64,000 bases of DNA, from NCBI GenBank assembly GCA_039177115.1, contig JBCDFZ010000011.1, positions 42,386 to 106,385 on the forward strand, written 5' to 3'. Under the pieces are notes generated by a model. The model did not search any database, was not told where the DNA came from, and saw only the letters and a program-made list of their open reading frames with translations. Source of the stretch: Myxococcota bacterium. Its GTDB lineage: Bacteria; Myxococcota_A; Polyangia; Polyangiales; Houyiibacteriaceae. The translations under genes were made by a program, and so were the position numbers. This document shows positions 10,065 to 19,021 of this stretch, in pieces (position 1 is the first letter of the stretch; each line of letters begins with the position of its first letter).

Positions 10065-10526
10065 TCAGTTCTCGGCGGGCGGGAACCAAGTGAGCGACGA
10101 GTGGTGCAGCGAGATGAGCACGCGGCCGGTCAGCTTGTGATAGGCGAACGTGTAGTCGGCGCGGGTCGCGTTGCCGTCGCCGTCGATGAAGGTGTAGTGG
10201 CCCATGTCTTTGTAGCCGAGCCCGCCGGCCTTCAAAACCGGTCCTGCAGCGCTCTGAAACTCCACCCGTGTCCAGCCTCGGTTCAGAAAGCCGTGGTCGT
10301 GGGGATAGTCCGCATCGCCTCCCACGAAGTACGATCGGGCTCCCTGGCGGTCGAGTCGGATCACGTCGGCGAGGGTAGGCTTGAAGAGCAGGGGCTCGTC
10401 GGGCGTTCCGAAGTCGTAGAGCGCCAGAAGTTGGTCGACGTCGCGTTCGGTGACGTACCTCGCCCACGCGCGCTGCGCAGCGACGACTTCAGCTTTGGTC
10501 ATGGGCTCGAAAGTGCGCTCGGACAT
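10065..10526 (-). CDS. NTF2-like/DUF4440-type protein (tentative)
   Basis: 153-aa ORF with GC3-rich codon usage. The fold assignment is by eye only. Confidence 0.4.
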   Translation of the reverse strand: MSERTFEPMTKAEVVAAQRAWARYVTERDVDQLLALYDFGTPDEPLLFKPTLADVIRLDRQGARSYFVGGDADYPHDHGFLNRGWTRVEFQSAAGPVLKAGGLGYKDMGHYTFIDGDGNATRADYTFAYHKLTGRVLISLHHSSLTWFPPAEN

Positions 10527-10650
10527 ACTTCAGGCTCCTCGTTGTTGATTGGCCGCAATCGGAAGCCGCAGCATGCCATCGGCGCGGTCGGGCAGCAAAT
10601 CTCGTCGGAGGCTTGGTGCCTGACCTAACGGTCCGCTCTAAACTCGCGAC

Positions 10651-11886
10651 TCACGCGTCGCTAGAACCAAGTCGAAGCTCGGGGAATGGGTTCGGCATCC
10701 CTGCCCACGACCTGCTGTCGCCCAAGGCCAACCGTTCGTCGAGCAGGCAGGCGTCGAGGCGAGCGCGCGTCTGCTCCTCGTTCATGTTTTGGCCGATGAA
10801 AACTAGCTCCTGCGTGCGATCCCCGAAGCGAGGGTGCCAGCCCGGCTGTTGGTCAGGCCGCTGGCCCTCCGGGTGCTCCCAGTGCTTGCGCGGAATCGCC
10901 GCCCACCACATCCCCATCGGGTTGACGTTGCTGACGCCGCCGGCCTGTGCCCACTCGTACGCTACCCGATGGTCGGCGGCGACCCAGAAAAAGCCCTTCG
11001 ATCGGAGCACGCCGCGCCAGTTCTCGTCGTCGTGTAGGAATGCCCAGAGCTTCTCGGCGTTGAACGGCTGCGACGAGCGATACGTGAAGCTCGAGATGCC
11101 GTACTCTTCGGTTTCCGGTGTGTGCTCGCCTGCGAGCTCTTGGATCCAGCCTGCGGAGTTCGCCGCCTTATCGTAATCGAATAGCTTGGTGTCGAGCACG
11201 GACTCGAGTGGGACCTTCGCGTGTGTTGCCGGCATGATCTTCGCGCCGGGGTTTAGTGCCTTGACGATGGCCTCGACCTCGCGCGCCTGCTCGTCACTCA
11301 CGAGGTCGAGCTTGTTGAGTATGATGACGTCCGCGAACTCGATTTGATCGATGAGCAGGTCGGTCACGGTTCGTTCATCGTCTTCGCCAAGCGATTCGCC
11401 GCGGTCCTTGAGCGCCTCAGCCTGGTTGTAGTCTCGCAAGAAGCTCGCCGCGTCGACGACGGTGACCATCGTATCGAGGCGCGACACTTGGCTCAAGCTC
11501 ACGCCGTCTTCGTCTTCGAAGGTGAACGTCTGCGCGACCGGGATCGGCTCGGAGATGCCCGTGGATTCGATGAGCAGGTAGTCGAAGCGCCCCTCCTGCG
11601 CGAGCCGTGAAACCTCCGCGAGCAGATCGTCGCGGAGCGTGCAGCAGATGCAGCCGTTCGACATCTCAACCAGCTTCTCCTCGGTACGCGAGAGCTGGGC
11701 GCCGCCACGTTCGACCAGCGCCGCGTCGATGTTGACGTCGCTCATGTCGTTCACGATCACCGCAACGCGTCGACCCTCTCGGTTGTTGAGCACCTGGTTG
11801 AGGAGGGTGGTTTTGCCCGCGCCGAGGAACCCGGATAGAACGGTGACAGGAAGGCGGGTTGGGGCGGTATCGAGTGGTGTGTTCAT
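10651..11886 (-). CDS. zigA: COG0523-family zinc metallochaperone GTPase (ZigA/YeiR-like)
   Basis: Walker [16 protein letters not shown], metal motif GCICCTL, switch ESTGISEP and a long C-terminal CobW_C extension. Divergent from a Fur-family gene. Confidence 0.9.
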   Translation of the reverse strand: MNTPLDTAPTRLPVTVLSGFLGAGKTTLLNQVLNNREGRRVAVIVNDMSDVNIDAALVERGGAQLSRTEEKLVEMSNGCICCTLRDDLLAEVSRLAQEGRFDYLLIESTGISEPIPVAQTFTFEDEDGVSLSQVSRLDTMVTVVDAASFLRDYNQAEALKDRGESLGEDDERTVTDLLIDQIEFADVIILNKLDLVSDEQAREVEAIVKALNPGAKIMPATHAKVPLESVLDTKLFDYDKAANSAGWIQELAGEHTPETEEYGISSFTYRSSQPFNAEKLWAFLHDDENWRGVLRSKGFFWVAADHRVAYEWAQAGGVSNVNPMGMWWAAIPRKHWEHPEGQRPDQQPGWHPRFGDRTQELVFIGQNMNEEQTRARLDACLLDERLALGDSRSWAGMPNPFPELRLGSSDA

Positions 11887-11944
11887 GGTCGGCGGCTCGA
11901 GTCGGCAGGCGAAAAGGGGAACGGATGGAGGACGGGCTTATACG

Positions 11945-11959
11945 TGCAAGCTGGTTGCT
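11945..11959. promoter_or_regulatory. operator-like palindrome, site a1 (TGCAAgctggTTGCT)
   Basis: Read directly in the zigA/zur intergenic region. One mismatch to TGCAA-N5-TTGCA. Confidence 0.6.
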
Positions 11960-11961
11960 TG

Positions 11962-11976
11962 TGCAAGTCGATGCGA
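11962..11976. promoter_or_regulatory. operator-like palindrome, site a2 (TGCAAgtcgaTGCGA, degenerate)
   Basis: Lies 3 bp after site a1. It shares TGCAAGTCGAT with site c at 17592. Confidence 0.4.
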
Positions 11977-11998
11977 TTACTTTCCGGGGGTCGAGCAT

Positions 11999-12448
11999 AT
12001 GGACAAAGAAGAGGTACGAAAGCTGCTCCGAGACCACGGGCTTCGGACGACGGCCCCACGCCTGGCTGTGCTCGGGCTGCTCGCGGAGGCGGACACGCCG
12101 CTCTCGCACAGCGAGGTGCTTGCACGTCTGGGCCACAACGACTGGGACCCGGCAACCATCTACCGCAATCTCGTGAAGCTCCGAGAGGCCGGCATCGCGC
12201 CGGTTGTCAGTCGGGTGGACGGCATTGACCGGTACGCCATGGCGGGTGCTCCCGGTGGCGGCCACGCGCATGCGCACTTCGTCTGCGACGACTGCGGTCG
12301 GGTCGCATGTCTGCCCGCCGAACTCACCCAGTCGATGTCGCTCCCGGGGCCGTGGGCAGACTCGATCGCGCAGGCGGTGGTTCAACTGCGCGGTCCGTGT
12401 CCGGACTGCCTCCGGCGAGGCGGTTCGGAGCGCACCGAAAGTCCGTGA
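11999..12448 (+). CDS. zur: Fur-family metalloregulator, Zur-like
   Basis: Winged-helix RLAVLGLL ... ATIYRNLVKLREAGI, plus two CxxC pairs (CDDCGRVAC and CPDC). Divergent from the COG0523 gene. Start ATG 11999 gives MDKEEV. Confidence 0.8.
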   Translation: MDKEEVRKLLRDHGLRTTAPRLAVLGLLAEADTPLSHSEVLARLGHNDWDPATIYRNLVKLREAGIAPVVSRVDGIDRYAMAGAPGGGHAHAHFVCDDCGRVACLPAELTQSMSLPGPWADSIAQAVVQLRGPCPDCLRRGGSERTESP

Positions 12449-12489
12449 GCTGAGAATTCGGGCGCATGGAGCGTCCTCTAAGGGCTATC

Positions 12490-12504
12490 TGCAAGCAATT
12501 TGCA
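12490..12504. promoter_or_regulatory. operator-like palindrome, site b (TGCAAgcaatTTGCA, perfect)
   Basis: Lies 38 bp upstream of the ATG at 12543. Confidence 0.6.
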
Positions 12505-12542
12505 AATGCGAGTTCACTGCGATAGCGGAATGACATCACGAC

Positions 12543-14921
12543 ATGGTGGATGAGCTTCGAAGAAAAGTCCTGCGGGTGCTTGCTGCCACGCCCCTGCTCT
12601 CAGGCGCCGCAGCCGGTTTGCTCGGCGGTTGCAACGCGAACTCGAAGGGGCAGGCCGTCGAGCCTGACCCCCTTTCCCCGGTCACGCCTCGGGAGGCACC
12701 TTGGGCGGGACGCCGCGCCGAGCGGAGCCTCGTCGACCAGCTCAATTTCGCGTCGCTGAAACGCGACGGGCTGCTCGTCGATTTCGGTTCGACCGACAGT
12801 TTCAAGTACACGTTTGGAGGCTGGCGTTCCGGCTGGGGCAAGCACCTCGAACGCGACGGCGTGGCCTATACCCATGCCACCAACCTGACGAGTCGCGTCA
12901 ACTTCCCATGGGACACCCAGGAGGCGCTGACCGTGCGCTTCAGGCTCCGTCGTGAGGCGAGCCGCTTCTTCTCCCTCTACATCAACAGCAAGCCGGTCGA
13001 GAAAGTCGACATCACGCGCGTCGACTGGACCACCTACGAGAGCGCCATCCCGGCGGAGCTGGTGAGGCCGGGAACCAATCACATGCTGCTTCGCTGGGAG
13101 AGGACCACGCGAGCGATGGGAGAAGATGTAGCGGCCGCAGTCGACTTCATCCACATCGCGCCCGCTGGCACGTCAGCGCCGAGCATGGAGGCGCTGCCGC
13201 GTCACGCCTCGCTCGTTCGTCAGATCGGGAGTGCGCCTTCGCTGCTGCTCGCGCCGGGGACCACGCTCTCCTACTGGATGGTCCCGCCAGAACAGGGTGA
13301 ACCGCTGTTGGGCTTCACCGCCGCCCCGGTTGCGGGCGAGGACGCTCCAGCCGCCGATGGCACTTCGGCCACGGGGATCCCGCTGAAGCTCGCGGTCACG
13401 GCGCACGTCGACGGTCGAGGCAAGAAAGAACTGCTCTCGGCTACGGTGAGCGACGGAACACCCCGGCCGCTCGCGGCCGCGCTGACGGGCTTCGCGGGAC
13501 AGGCGATCCGTCTCGACATCTCGGTCACCGGTGATCCCGGGAGCACCGGTGGCGTCGCGCTGGCCGAGCCCGCAGTCTACGTGAAGGGCAAGGACCCCGC
13601 CCCGCCGCCGTCCAAGCCTGCGAAGAACGCGATCGTCGTGATGATCGACACGCTTCGCGCAGACCACGTGAGCGCATACGCCAACACACGGGTGAAGGCG
13701 CCGGCTCTCGACGCGTTTGCGAGGGGTGGGGTCGTTTTCGAGCGCGACAGCGCCGTCGAGGACTGGACCAAGCCTTCGTGCGCCACGATGCTCACCGGCC
13801 TCTACCCGAACACGCACAAGACCCAGTCCGACTCGGGCAAGCTGCCCACCTCAGTGAAGATGGTGTCGGAGGAGATGAAGTCTCAGAACGTTTCCACCGG
13901 AGCGTTCATCGCGAACGGATACGTCTCCGGCAAGTTCGGTTTCGAAAAGGGCTGGGACGCCTACACGAACTACATCCGTGAGAACAAAAGGACCGAAGCC
14001 GAGCACGTCTTCACGGACGCCTTCGAGTGGATCGAACGGAAGGCGGAAGGGGGCGAACGCTTCTACGCGTACGTGCACACCATCGATCCACACGTGCCCT
14101 ACGATCCCCCCGACTCGTTCCTCGAGCTGTACGAGAAAGAGCCCTACCGGGGGAGCATCGCGCCGCGCAGCACAGCGCTCCTGCTCGAGGGCATCAAGAA
14201 GGGAACGTTCAAGCCAACCGCCGCCGACAAGCGACACATCCGCGCACTCTATGACGGCGAGATCAGCTACCACGACAAGTGGTTCGGCGACTTCATGGAC
14301 AAGCTCGGCAAGGCGGGCTTGCTCGAAGACACGGTGGTGATCGTCGTGTCAGATCACGGCGAAGAGTTTTGGGAGCACGGCAACGTGGGCCACGGCCACC
14401 AGATCCATCAGGAACTCATTCACGTGCCATTCATCATGAGTTGGAAGGGATCTCTGCCCGAAGGTGCGCGCGTCGCGGACAACCAGGACCACTGCAGCCT
14501 GGTGCCGACGCTCTTCGACGCGATGGGCCTGACGCGACCCGAGTACTTGGAGGGGAACTCCGTCCTCGGCATCGCCCGCGGCGAAGCGACTCCAGCCCCG
14601 GCGGCCGGCTTCTCCACTCACCAGGGAGAACGCGAGGCCGCCTGGTGCGGGCGATACAAGCTGCTGCAGCGCGGGCCCATTAGCACCTCGCTGTTCGACG
14701 TCGATGGCGATCCAGGGTGTCAGAACAACCTCAAGAACAGTCACCCGATTGCACTCACGACGATGCGCGCCGTGCTGGGGCAGTTCCAGGGTGCGCCCAA
14801 CAAGGCGCGCTGGCGTTCGCGAGACCTCGAGGAGGGCGTTGCCATGAACGTCGCGGCCGAGGACGTCGAGATGGACGCCACCACCAGCGAGCAGCTCAAG
14901 GCCCTCGGCTATTTCCGTTGA
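12543..14921 (+). CDS. sulfatase-like (alkaline-phosphatase superfamily) lipoprotein with a large unknown N-terminal domain
   Basis: Lipobox GLLGGC. From residue ~360: VVMIDTLRADH, PSCATMLTGLYPNTHK, VVSDHGEEFWEHG. Confidence 0.8.
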   Translation: MVDELRRKVLRVLAATPLLSGAAAGLLGGCNANSKGQAVEPDPLSPVTPREAPWAGRRAERSLVDQLNFASLKRDGLLVDFGSTDSFKYTFGGWRSGWGKHLERDGVAYTHATNLTSRVNFPWDTQEALTVRFRLRREASRFFSLYINSKPVEKVDITRVDWTTYESAIPAELVRPGTNHMLLRWERTTRAMGEDVAAAVDFIHIAPAGTSAPSMEALPRHASLVRQIGSAPSLLLAPGTTLSYWMVPPEQGEPLLGFTAAPVAGEDAPAADGTSATGIPLKLAVTAHVDGRGKKELLSATVSDGTPRPLAAALTGFAGQAIRLDISVTGDPGSTGGVALAEPAVYVKGKDPAPPPSKPAKNAIVVMIDTLRADHVSAYANTRVKAPALDAFARGGVVFERDSAVEDWTKPSCATMLTGLYPNTHKTQSDSGKLPTSVKMVSEEMKSQNVSTGAFIANGYVSGKFGFEKGWDAYTNYIRENKRTEAEHVFTDAFEWIERKAEGGERFYAYVHTIDPHVPYDPPDSFLELYEKEPYRGSIAPRSTALLLEGIKKGTFKPTAADKRHIRALYDGEISYHDKWFGDFMDKLGKAGLLEDTVVIVVSDHGEEFWEHGNVGHGHQIHQELIHVPFIMSWKGSLPEGARVADNQDHCSLVPTLFDAMGLTRPEYLEGNSVLGIARGEATPAPAAGFSTHQGEREAAWCGRYKLLQRGPISTSLFDVDGDPGCQNNLKNSHPIALTTMRAVLGQFQGAPNKARWRSRDLEEGVAMNVAAEDVEMDATTSEQLKALGYFR

Positions 14922-15340
14922 GCCAACGCCTGGAATGCGGTCGCGTATAGCTTCATCTGCTTGAGCATTGCAGATAGGCCGTTGGCACGGTTCTGAGAGA
15001 GGTGGGAGCCCAGACCGAGCTCATCGATGAAGCTCGGCGGTGCCGCGAGGATCGATTGCGGCGGCTCACCCGAGTAGAGTTCGAGGAGGATCGCGATGAG
15101 CCCGCGAACGATTGCCGCGTCCGAGTCGGCCAGGAACTCCACCCTGCCGTCCTCGAGCGCAGCGTGCATCCAGACCTGGCTTTGGCACCCCTTCACCTTG
15201 TTCCGCTCGGTGCGCTGGTCTTCCGGAAACTCAGGGAGCGAGCGGCCGAGCCGAATGATCTCGCTGTAGCGCTCCTCCCAGTCCTCAATCTTGCCGAAGC
15301 GCTCGACGAGGGCGGCCTGCCGTTCAGCAATCGTGGTCAT
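14909..15340 (-). CDS. sufE: cysteine desulfuration protein SufE
   Basis: 143 aa. KVKGCQSQVWM active-site Cys loop. 4-bp overlap with sufS. Confidence 0.85.
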   Translation of the reverse strand: MTTIAERQAALVERFGKIEDWEERYSEIIRLGRSLPEFPEDQRTERNKVKGCQSQVWMHAALEDGRVEFLADSDAAIVRGLIAILLELYSGEPPQSILAAPPSFIDELGLGSHLSQNRANGLSAMLKQMKLYATAFQALAQRK

Positions 15341-16599
15341 GCCATCATCCGCTGCACCTTGCGCAGCCCTTCGATGAACCCGTCGATGTCACCCTCGTTG
15401 TTGTATGGACCGAACGAAGCGCGCGCCGTAGCCGGTACCCCATAGTGACGCATCACTGGTTGCGCACAGTGGTGGCCTACGCGGATCGCGATGCCCTGCT
15501 CGTCCAACAGCGTCCCGATGTCGAAAGGATGAATGCCATCCAGCGTAAAGGCGAGAATACCGGCTTTCATAGGTGCGGTGCCCACGATTCGGACGCCAGG
15601 AAGCGCCTGGATTGCGCGAGTCGCGTACGCCAACAGCGCGTGCTCGTGGGCCGCGATCGACGGGCGGCCTAGCTCCTCGATCCAAGTCATCGCGGCACCG
15701 AGTCCGATCACCTGCGCGATCGGCGGCGTCCCCGCTTCGAAGCGGTGCGGGGGGTCGTCGAAGGTGGTTTCCTCGAAGGTGACTTTGTCGATCATCTCGC
15801 CGCCACCCATCCACGGGGGCATCGAGGCGAGGAGTTCTTTTCGGCCGTAGAGCAAGCCCACTCCCGTCGGCCCGAACATCTTGTGGCCGGAGCAGGCAAA
15901 AAAGTCCGCGCCGAGGGACTGAACGTCGAGGGGAATGTGCGGCGTGCTCTGCGCGCCATCCACGATCGCAACGGCTCCTTTCGCTCGGGCCATGCGTGTG
16001 ATCTCCGCAACCGGGTTCACGGTGCCTAGGGCGTTCGACACGTGCACCACAGACACGATCTTGGTGCGTTCGGTGATCTTCCGGCGGATCTCGTCGAGGT
16101 CGAGCTGGCCGCTATCGTCGAAGGACACGACCTTGATTGTCGCTTTCGTCTCTTTGCAGACGATTTGCCACGGAACGATATTGGCATGGTGCTCCATCTC
16201 GGTGATCAGCACTTCATCGCCGGGCCCGAGAACGCTTCGGCCGTAGCTGTACGCGACGAGGTTCATCGCCTCGGTCACGCCCCGAACGAATACAATCTCG
16301 TCGGGGTCCTCGGCGCCCAAGAATCTCGCGGCTTGCGCGCGCACACCCTCGTACCGCGCCGTGGCTTCCTGGCTGAGCGAGTAGACCCCGCGCCGAACGG
16401 TGGCGTACTCCTCCGCGTAGAACTTCGCGATCGTGTCGACAACCGCCTGAGGCTTGAGGCTCGTCGCCGCGCTGTCGAGAAAGATCAAGGGTCGGCCGTT
16501 CACCTCCCGCTGCAGGATCGGGAACTGCGCGCGGACCGCCTCGACGTCCAAGTGCTCGGGCTTCATCGATTCGGCCGTAACATATGGAGCGACGAGCAC
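15337..16599 (-). CDS. sufS: cysteine desulfurase SufS (class V aminotransferase)
   Basis: FLDSAATS, SGHKMFGPTGVG (PLP Lys) and RVGHHCAQP (active Cys). Start is GTG 16599 or ATG 16566. Confidence 0.9.
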   Translation of the reverse strand: MLVAPYVTAESMKPEHLDVEAVRAQFPILQREVNGRPLIFLDSAATSLKPQAVVDTIAKFYAEEYATVRRGVYSLSQEATARYEGVRAQAARFLGAEDPDEIVFVRGVTEAMNLVAYSYGRSVLGPGDEVLITEMEHHANIVPWQIVCKETKATIKVVSFDDSGQLDLDEIRRKITERTKIVSVVHVSNALGTVNPVAEITRMARAKGAVAIVDGAQSTPHIPLDVQSLGADFFACSGHKMFGPTGVGLLYGRKELLASMPPWMGGGEMIDKVTFEETTFDDPPHRFEAGTPPIAQVIGLGAAMTWIEELGRPSIAAHEHALLAYATRAIQALPGVRIVGTAPMKAGILAFTLDGIHPFDIGTLLDEQGIAIRVGHHCAQPVMRHYGVPATARASFGPYNNEGDIDGFIEGLRKVQRMMA

Positions 16600-16627
16600 A
16601 AGTGCGTGCCCCGCCAGGGCTGGCCGT

Positions 16628-17422
16628 TCAAGCCTCCTCGCCGCGGACCATGGCGTAGGCGGAGTGGTTGTGTATCGACTCGAGGTTTTCGACTTCGACT
16701 ATGTAATTGCCTACCAGCTCGTGAGCTCTGAGGGCGGCCGCGATGTCGCGGGCCATGTCCTCGACGAACTTGGGGTTCTCGTATGCGCGCTCGGTGACGA
16801 ACTTCTCATCGACGCGCTTGAGCACTCCATAGAGCTCGCTCGATGCCTGGGCCTCGACCAGATCGATGAGGTCTTCGATGTGCAAGCCGTTCGTCCATTC
16901 GGCGGCCACGGTGACGTGGGAGCGCTGGTTGTGCGCGCCGTACTCCGAGATCTCCTTCGAGCACGGGCAGAGGCTGGTGACAGGCACGACCACGACGAGC
17001 TGCGTCTTCAATGCGCCCTCAACGTAGTCACCGCGTAGCGTCACCTCGTAGTCGAGAGCGCTCGGAACGCCGCTCACCGGGGCGGCCTTCGTGACGAAGT
17101 AGGTGAAGCTCAACTCCACGTGCGCGCGCTCCGCATCCAGTCGATCGGCCACCGCGCGGATCAGTCCGCGGAAGCTCTCGATGTTGATCGGCGCGTCATG
17201 GCCGTTGATGATTTCGACGAAGCGGGACATGTGGGTGCCCTTGAGTTCCGGCGGCAAACCCACGTACATATTGAAACGCGCGACCGAGGCATGAACCTCG
17301 CCGCTGCGAGTGGCGACTCGGACCGGATGCCGGATGTCGCGAATGCCAACCCGATTGATCGCGATCTGCCGTGTATCGAGGATTCCCTGCACGTCGGGGA
17401 TCGACAGATGGTTCGTCGTCAC
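16628..17422 (-). CDS. folE2: GTP cyclohydrolase IB (FolE2, zinc-independent type)
   Basis: [12 protein letters not shown] ... GTHMSRF ... [12 protein letters not shown] start preceded by an AAGGAG ribosome-binding site. Confidence 0.85.
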   Translation of the reverse strand: MTTNHLSIPDVQGILDTRQIAINRVGIRDIRHPVRVATRSGEVHASVARFNMYVGLPPELKGTHMSRFVEIINGHDAPINIESFRGLIRAVADRLDAERAHVELSFTYFVTKAAPVSGVPSALDYEVTLRGDYVEGALKTQLVVVVPVTSLCPCSKEISEYGAHNQRSHVTVAAEWTNGLHIEDLIDLVEAQASSELYGVLKRVDEKFVTERAYENPKFVEDMARDIAAALRAHELVGNYIVEVENLESIHNHSAYAMVRGEEA

Positions 17423-17591
17423 TTGCTCTCCTTCATGTGCCCTTCGTCGGGGCGGCGTCGCTTCTACGTGGCGCTACGGGGGCGAGGCGCGCGCAGCAAG
17501 CGTGCCCTCGGACTCGGTAGGTCGAGGCCAATGCCCAGTGGCTGCACGCGCCTGCCGTCAAACCAGCCAAGTAGCGCAAGCAGATTGCTAC

Positions 17592-17606
17592 TGCAAGTCG
17601 ATTGCG
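17592..17606. promoter_or_regulatory. operator-like palindrome, site c (TGCAAgtcgaTTGCG)
   Basis: Lies between divergent folE2 and hisI, 18 bp upstream of the hisI ATG at 17624. Confidence 0.6.
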
Positions 17607-17623
17607 CTAGGTCTCGAGACCTC

Positions 17624-18100
17624 ATGCAGGAGTACCCCATGTTTGCGCCGCGACTCTCCGTTGAACAGGTCGAGGAAGGAAACGAGCTCGCGCCGAAGTT
17701 CGACGCGCAGGGCCTGATCCCCGTCGTGACCACATCCGTCGAGGACGGCGTCGTCCTGATGGTCGGGTACATGAACCGGGAGGCGCTGGCGAAAACCATC
17801 GAGACCGGGGAGGCTCACTACTTCAGCCGCAGTCGCCAAGCGCTCTGGCGAAAAGGGGCCACGAGCGGGCTCGTGCAGAAGGTAGTCGAGCTACGCGTCG
17901 ACGATGACCAGGACGCGCTGTGGCTTCGCGTGGACGTCGTGGGCGATGCCAGCTGCCACGTTGGCTACCGGTCCTGCTTCTATCGATCAGTCCCGGTGGG
18001 CAAGGCCGCGGGTCCGATTGAGCTAGCTTTCGAGGAGAAGGCGAAGGCTTTTGACCCGGTGGAGGTCTACGGCGACGCGCCCAACCCCACCAAGCTCTGA
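17624..18100 (+). CDS. hisI: phosphoribosyl-AMP cyclohydrolase (HisI paralog)
   Basis: [25 protein letters not shown] ... [16 protein letters not shown] ... [10 protein letters not shown]. Start is ATG 17624 or 17639. Confidence 0.85.
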   Translation: MQEYPMFAPRLSVEQVEEGNELAPKFDAQGLIPVVTTSVEDGVVLMVGYMNREALAKTIETGEAHYFSRSRQALWRKGATSGLVQKVVELRVDDDQDALWLRVDVVGDASCHVGYRSCFYRSVPVGKAAGPIELAFEEKAKAFDPVEVYGDAPNPTKL

Positions 18101-18135
18101 ACGAAGCGCCGAGGCCTTTTCCCCGTACAGACGTC

Positions 18136-18990
18136 ATGAATGATTACTTTCACTGGGACGTCCATCGCGTCCTGTTCCACCTGGGCCCCCTCGAAATCCG
18201 ATACTACGGGTTGTTCTTTGCGGCCGGACTGCTCGTGAGCGTGCACATGATGGGACGCTCCTTTCGGGACCGCGGCCTGCCCGAGAAACACGCCGGCACC
18301 CTCAGCGTGCTCCTCCCCATCGGGATGCTCGTTGGCGCCCATCTGGTTCACCTCATCTTCTATGAGCCCCGCTCCATCATCGAGAACCCGATTCGCATCA
18401 TCGAGATCGGGAAGGGCCTCGCGAGCCACGGGGGAGGGCTGGGCGTGGTCCTGGCACTTCTCTGGTTCACGAGGCGACACGGGGTGAGTTGGCACCGCTA
18501 CGCAGACGCCGTCGTCATCGGCGCGGTCTGGATGATCCTCTTCGTCCGCATCGGCAACTTCTTCAACTCCGAGATCGTCGGGCGGGTGACGGATGTCCCC
18601 TGGGGCGTGGTTTTCGTGCAGCTCGGCGAGGACTTTCCCCGGCACCCCTCGCAGCTCTACGAAGCCATCTTGGGCATGGCCCTCATCGGCCTCGCGATGT
18701 TCATGCACGCAAAGCGCGACCGCCTTCGGGACGGCGCGACGCTGTACACGTTGATGGGCATCTACTTCGGCGTTCGCTTTTTTCTCGAGTACTTCAAGGA
18801 GTACCAGGCGGAGAGCCTGACGCCCGAGTTCCCCTTCACGATGGGACAGCTGCTGTCGGGCCCCGTTGCCCTTTTCTGCGGGTACATGGCCCTCTTTAGT
18901 CGTCGCTGCGGGCTGTTGTCTCAGCCGAAACCCCCGGCTTCAGACGAAGGCGAGAGCGATGAACGTGCCGCTACTCGCGCGAGAGGATGA
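18136..18990 (+). CDS. lgt: prolipoprotein diacylglyceryl transferase
   Basis: GPLEIRYYGLFFAAG, GLASHGG, RIGNFFNSEIVG and HPSQLYEA. Confidence 0.9.
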   Translation: MNDYFHWDVHRVLFHLGPLEIRYYGLFFAAGLLVSVHMMGRSFRDRGLPEKHAGTLSVLLPIGMLVGAHLVHLIFYEPRSIIENPIRIIEIGKGLASHGGGLGVVLALLWFTRRHGVSWHRYADAVVIGAVWMILFVRIGNFFNSEIVGRVTDVPWGVVFVQLGEDFPRHPSQLYEAILGMALIGLAMFMHAKRDRLRDGATLYTLMGIYFGVRFFLEYFKEYQAESLTPEFPFTMGQLLSGPVALFCGYMALFSRRCGLLSQPKPPASDEGESDERAATRARG

Positions 18991-19021
18991 TAGTTTAGCT
19001 AGGCGCAGTGCGAGGGGTGCG

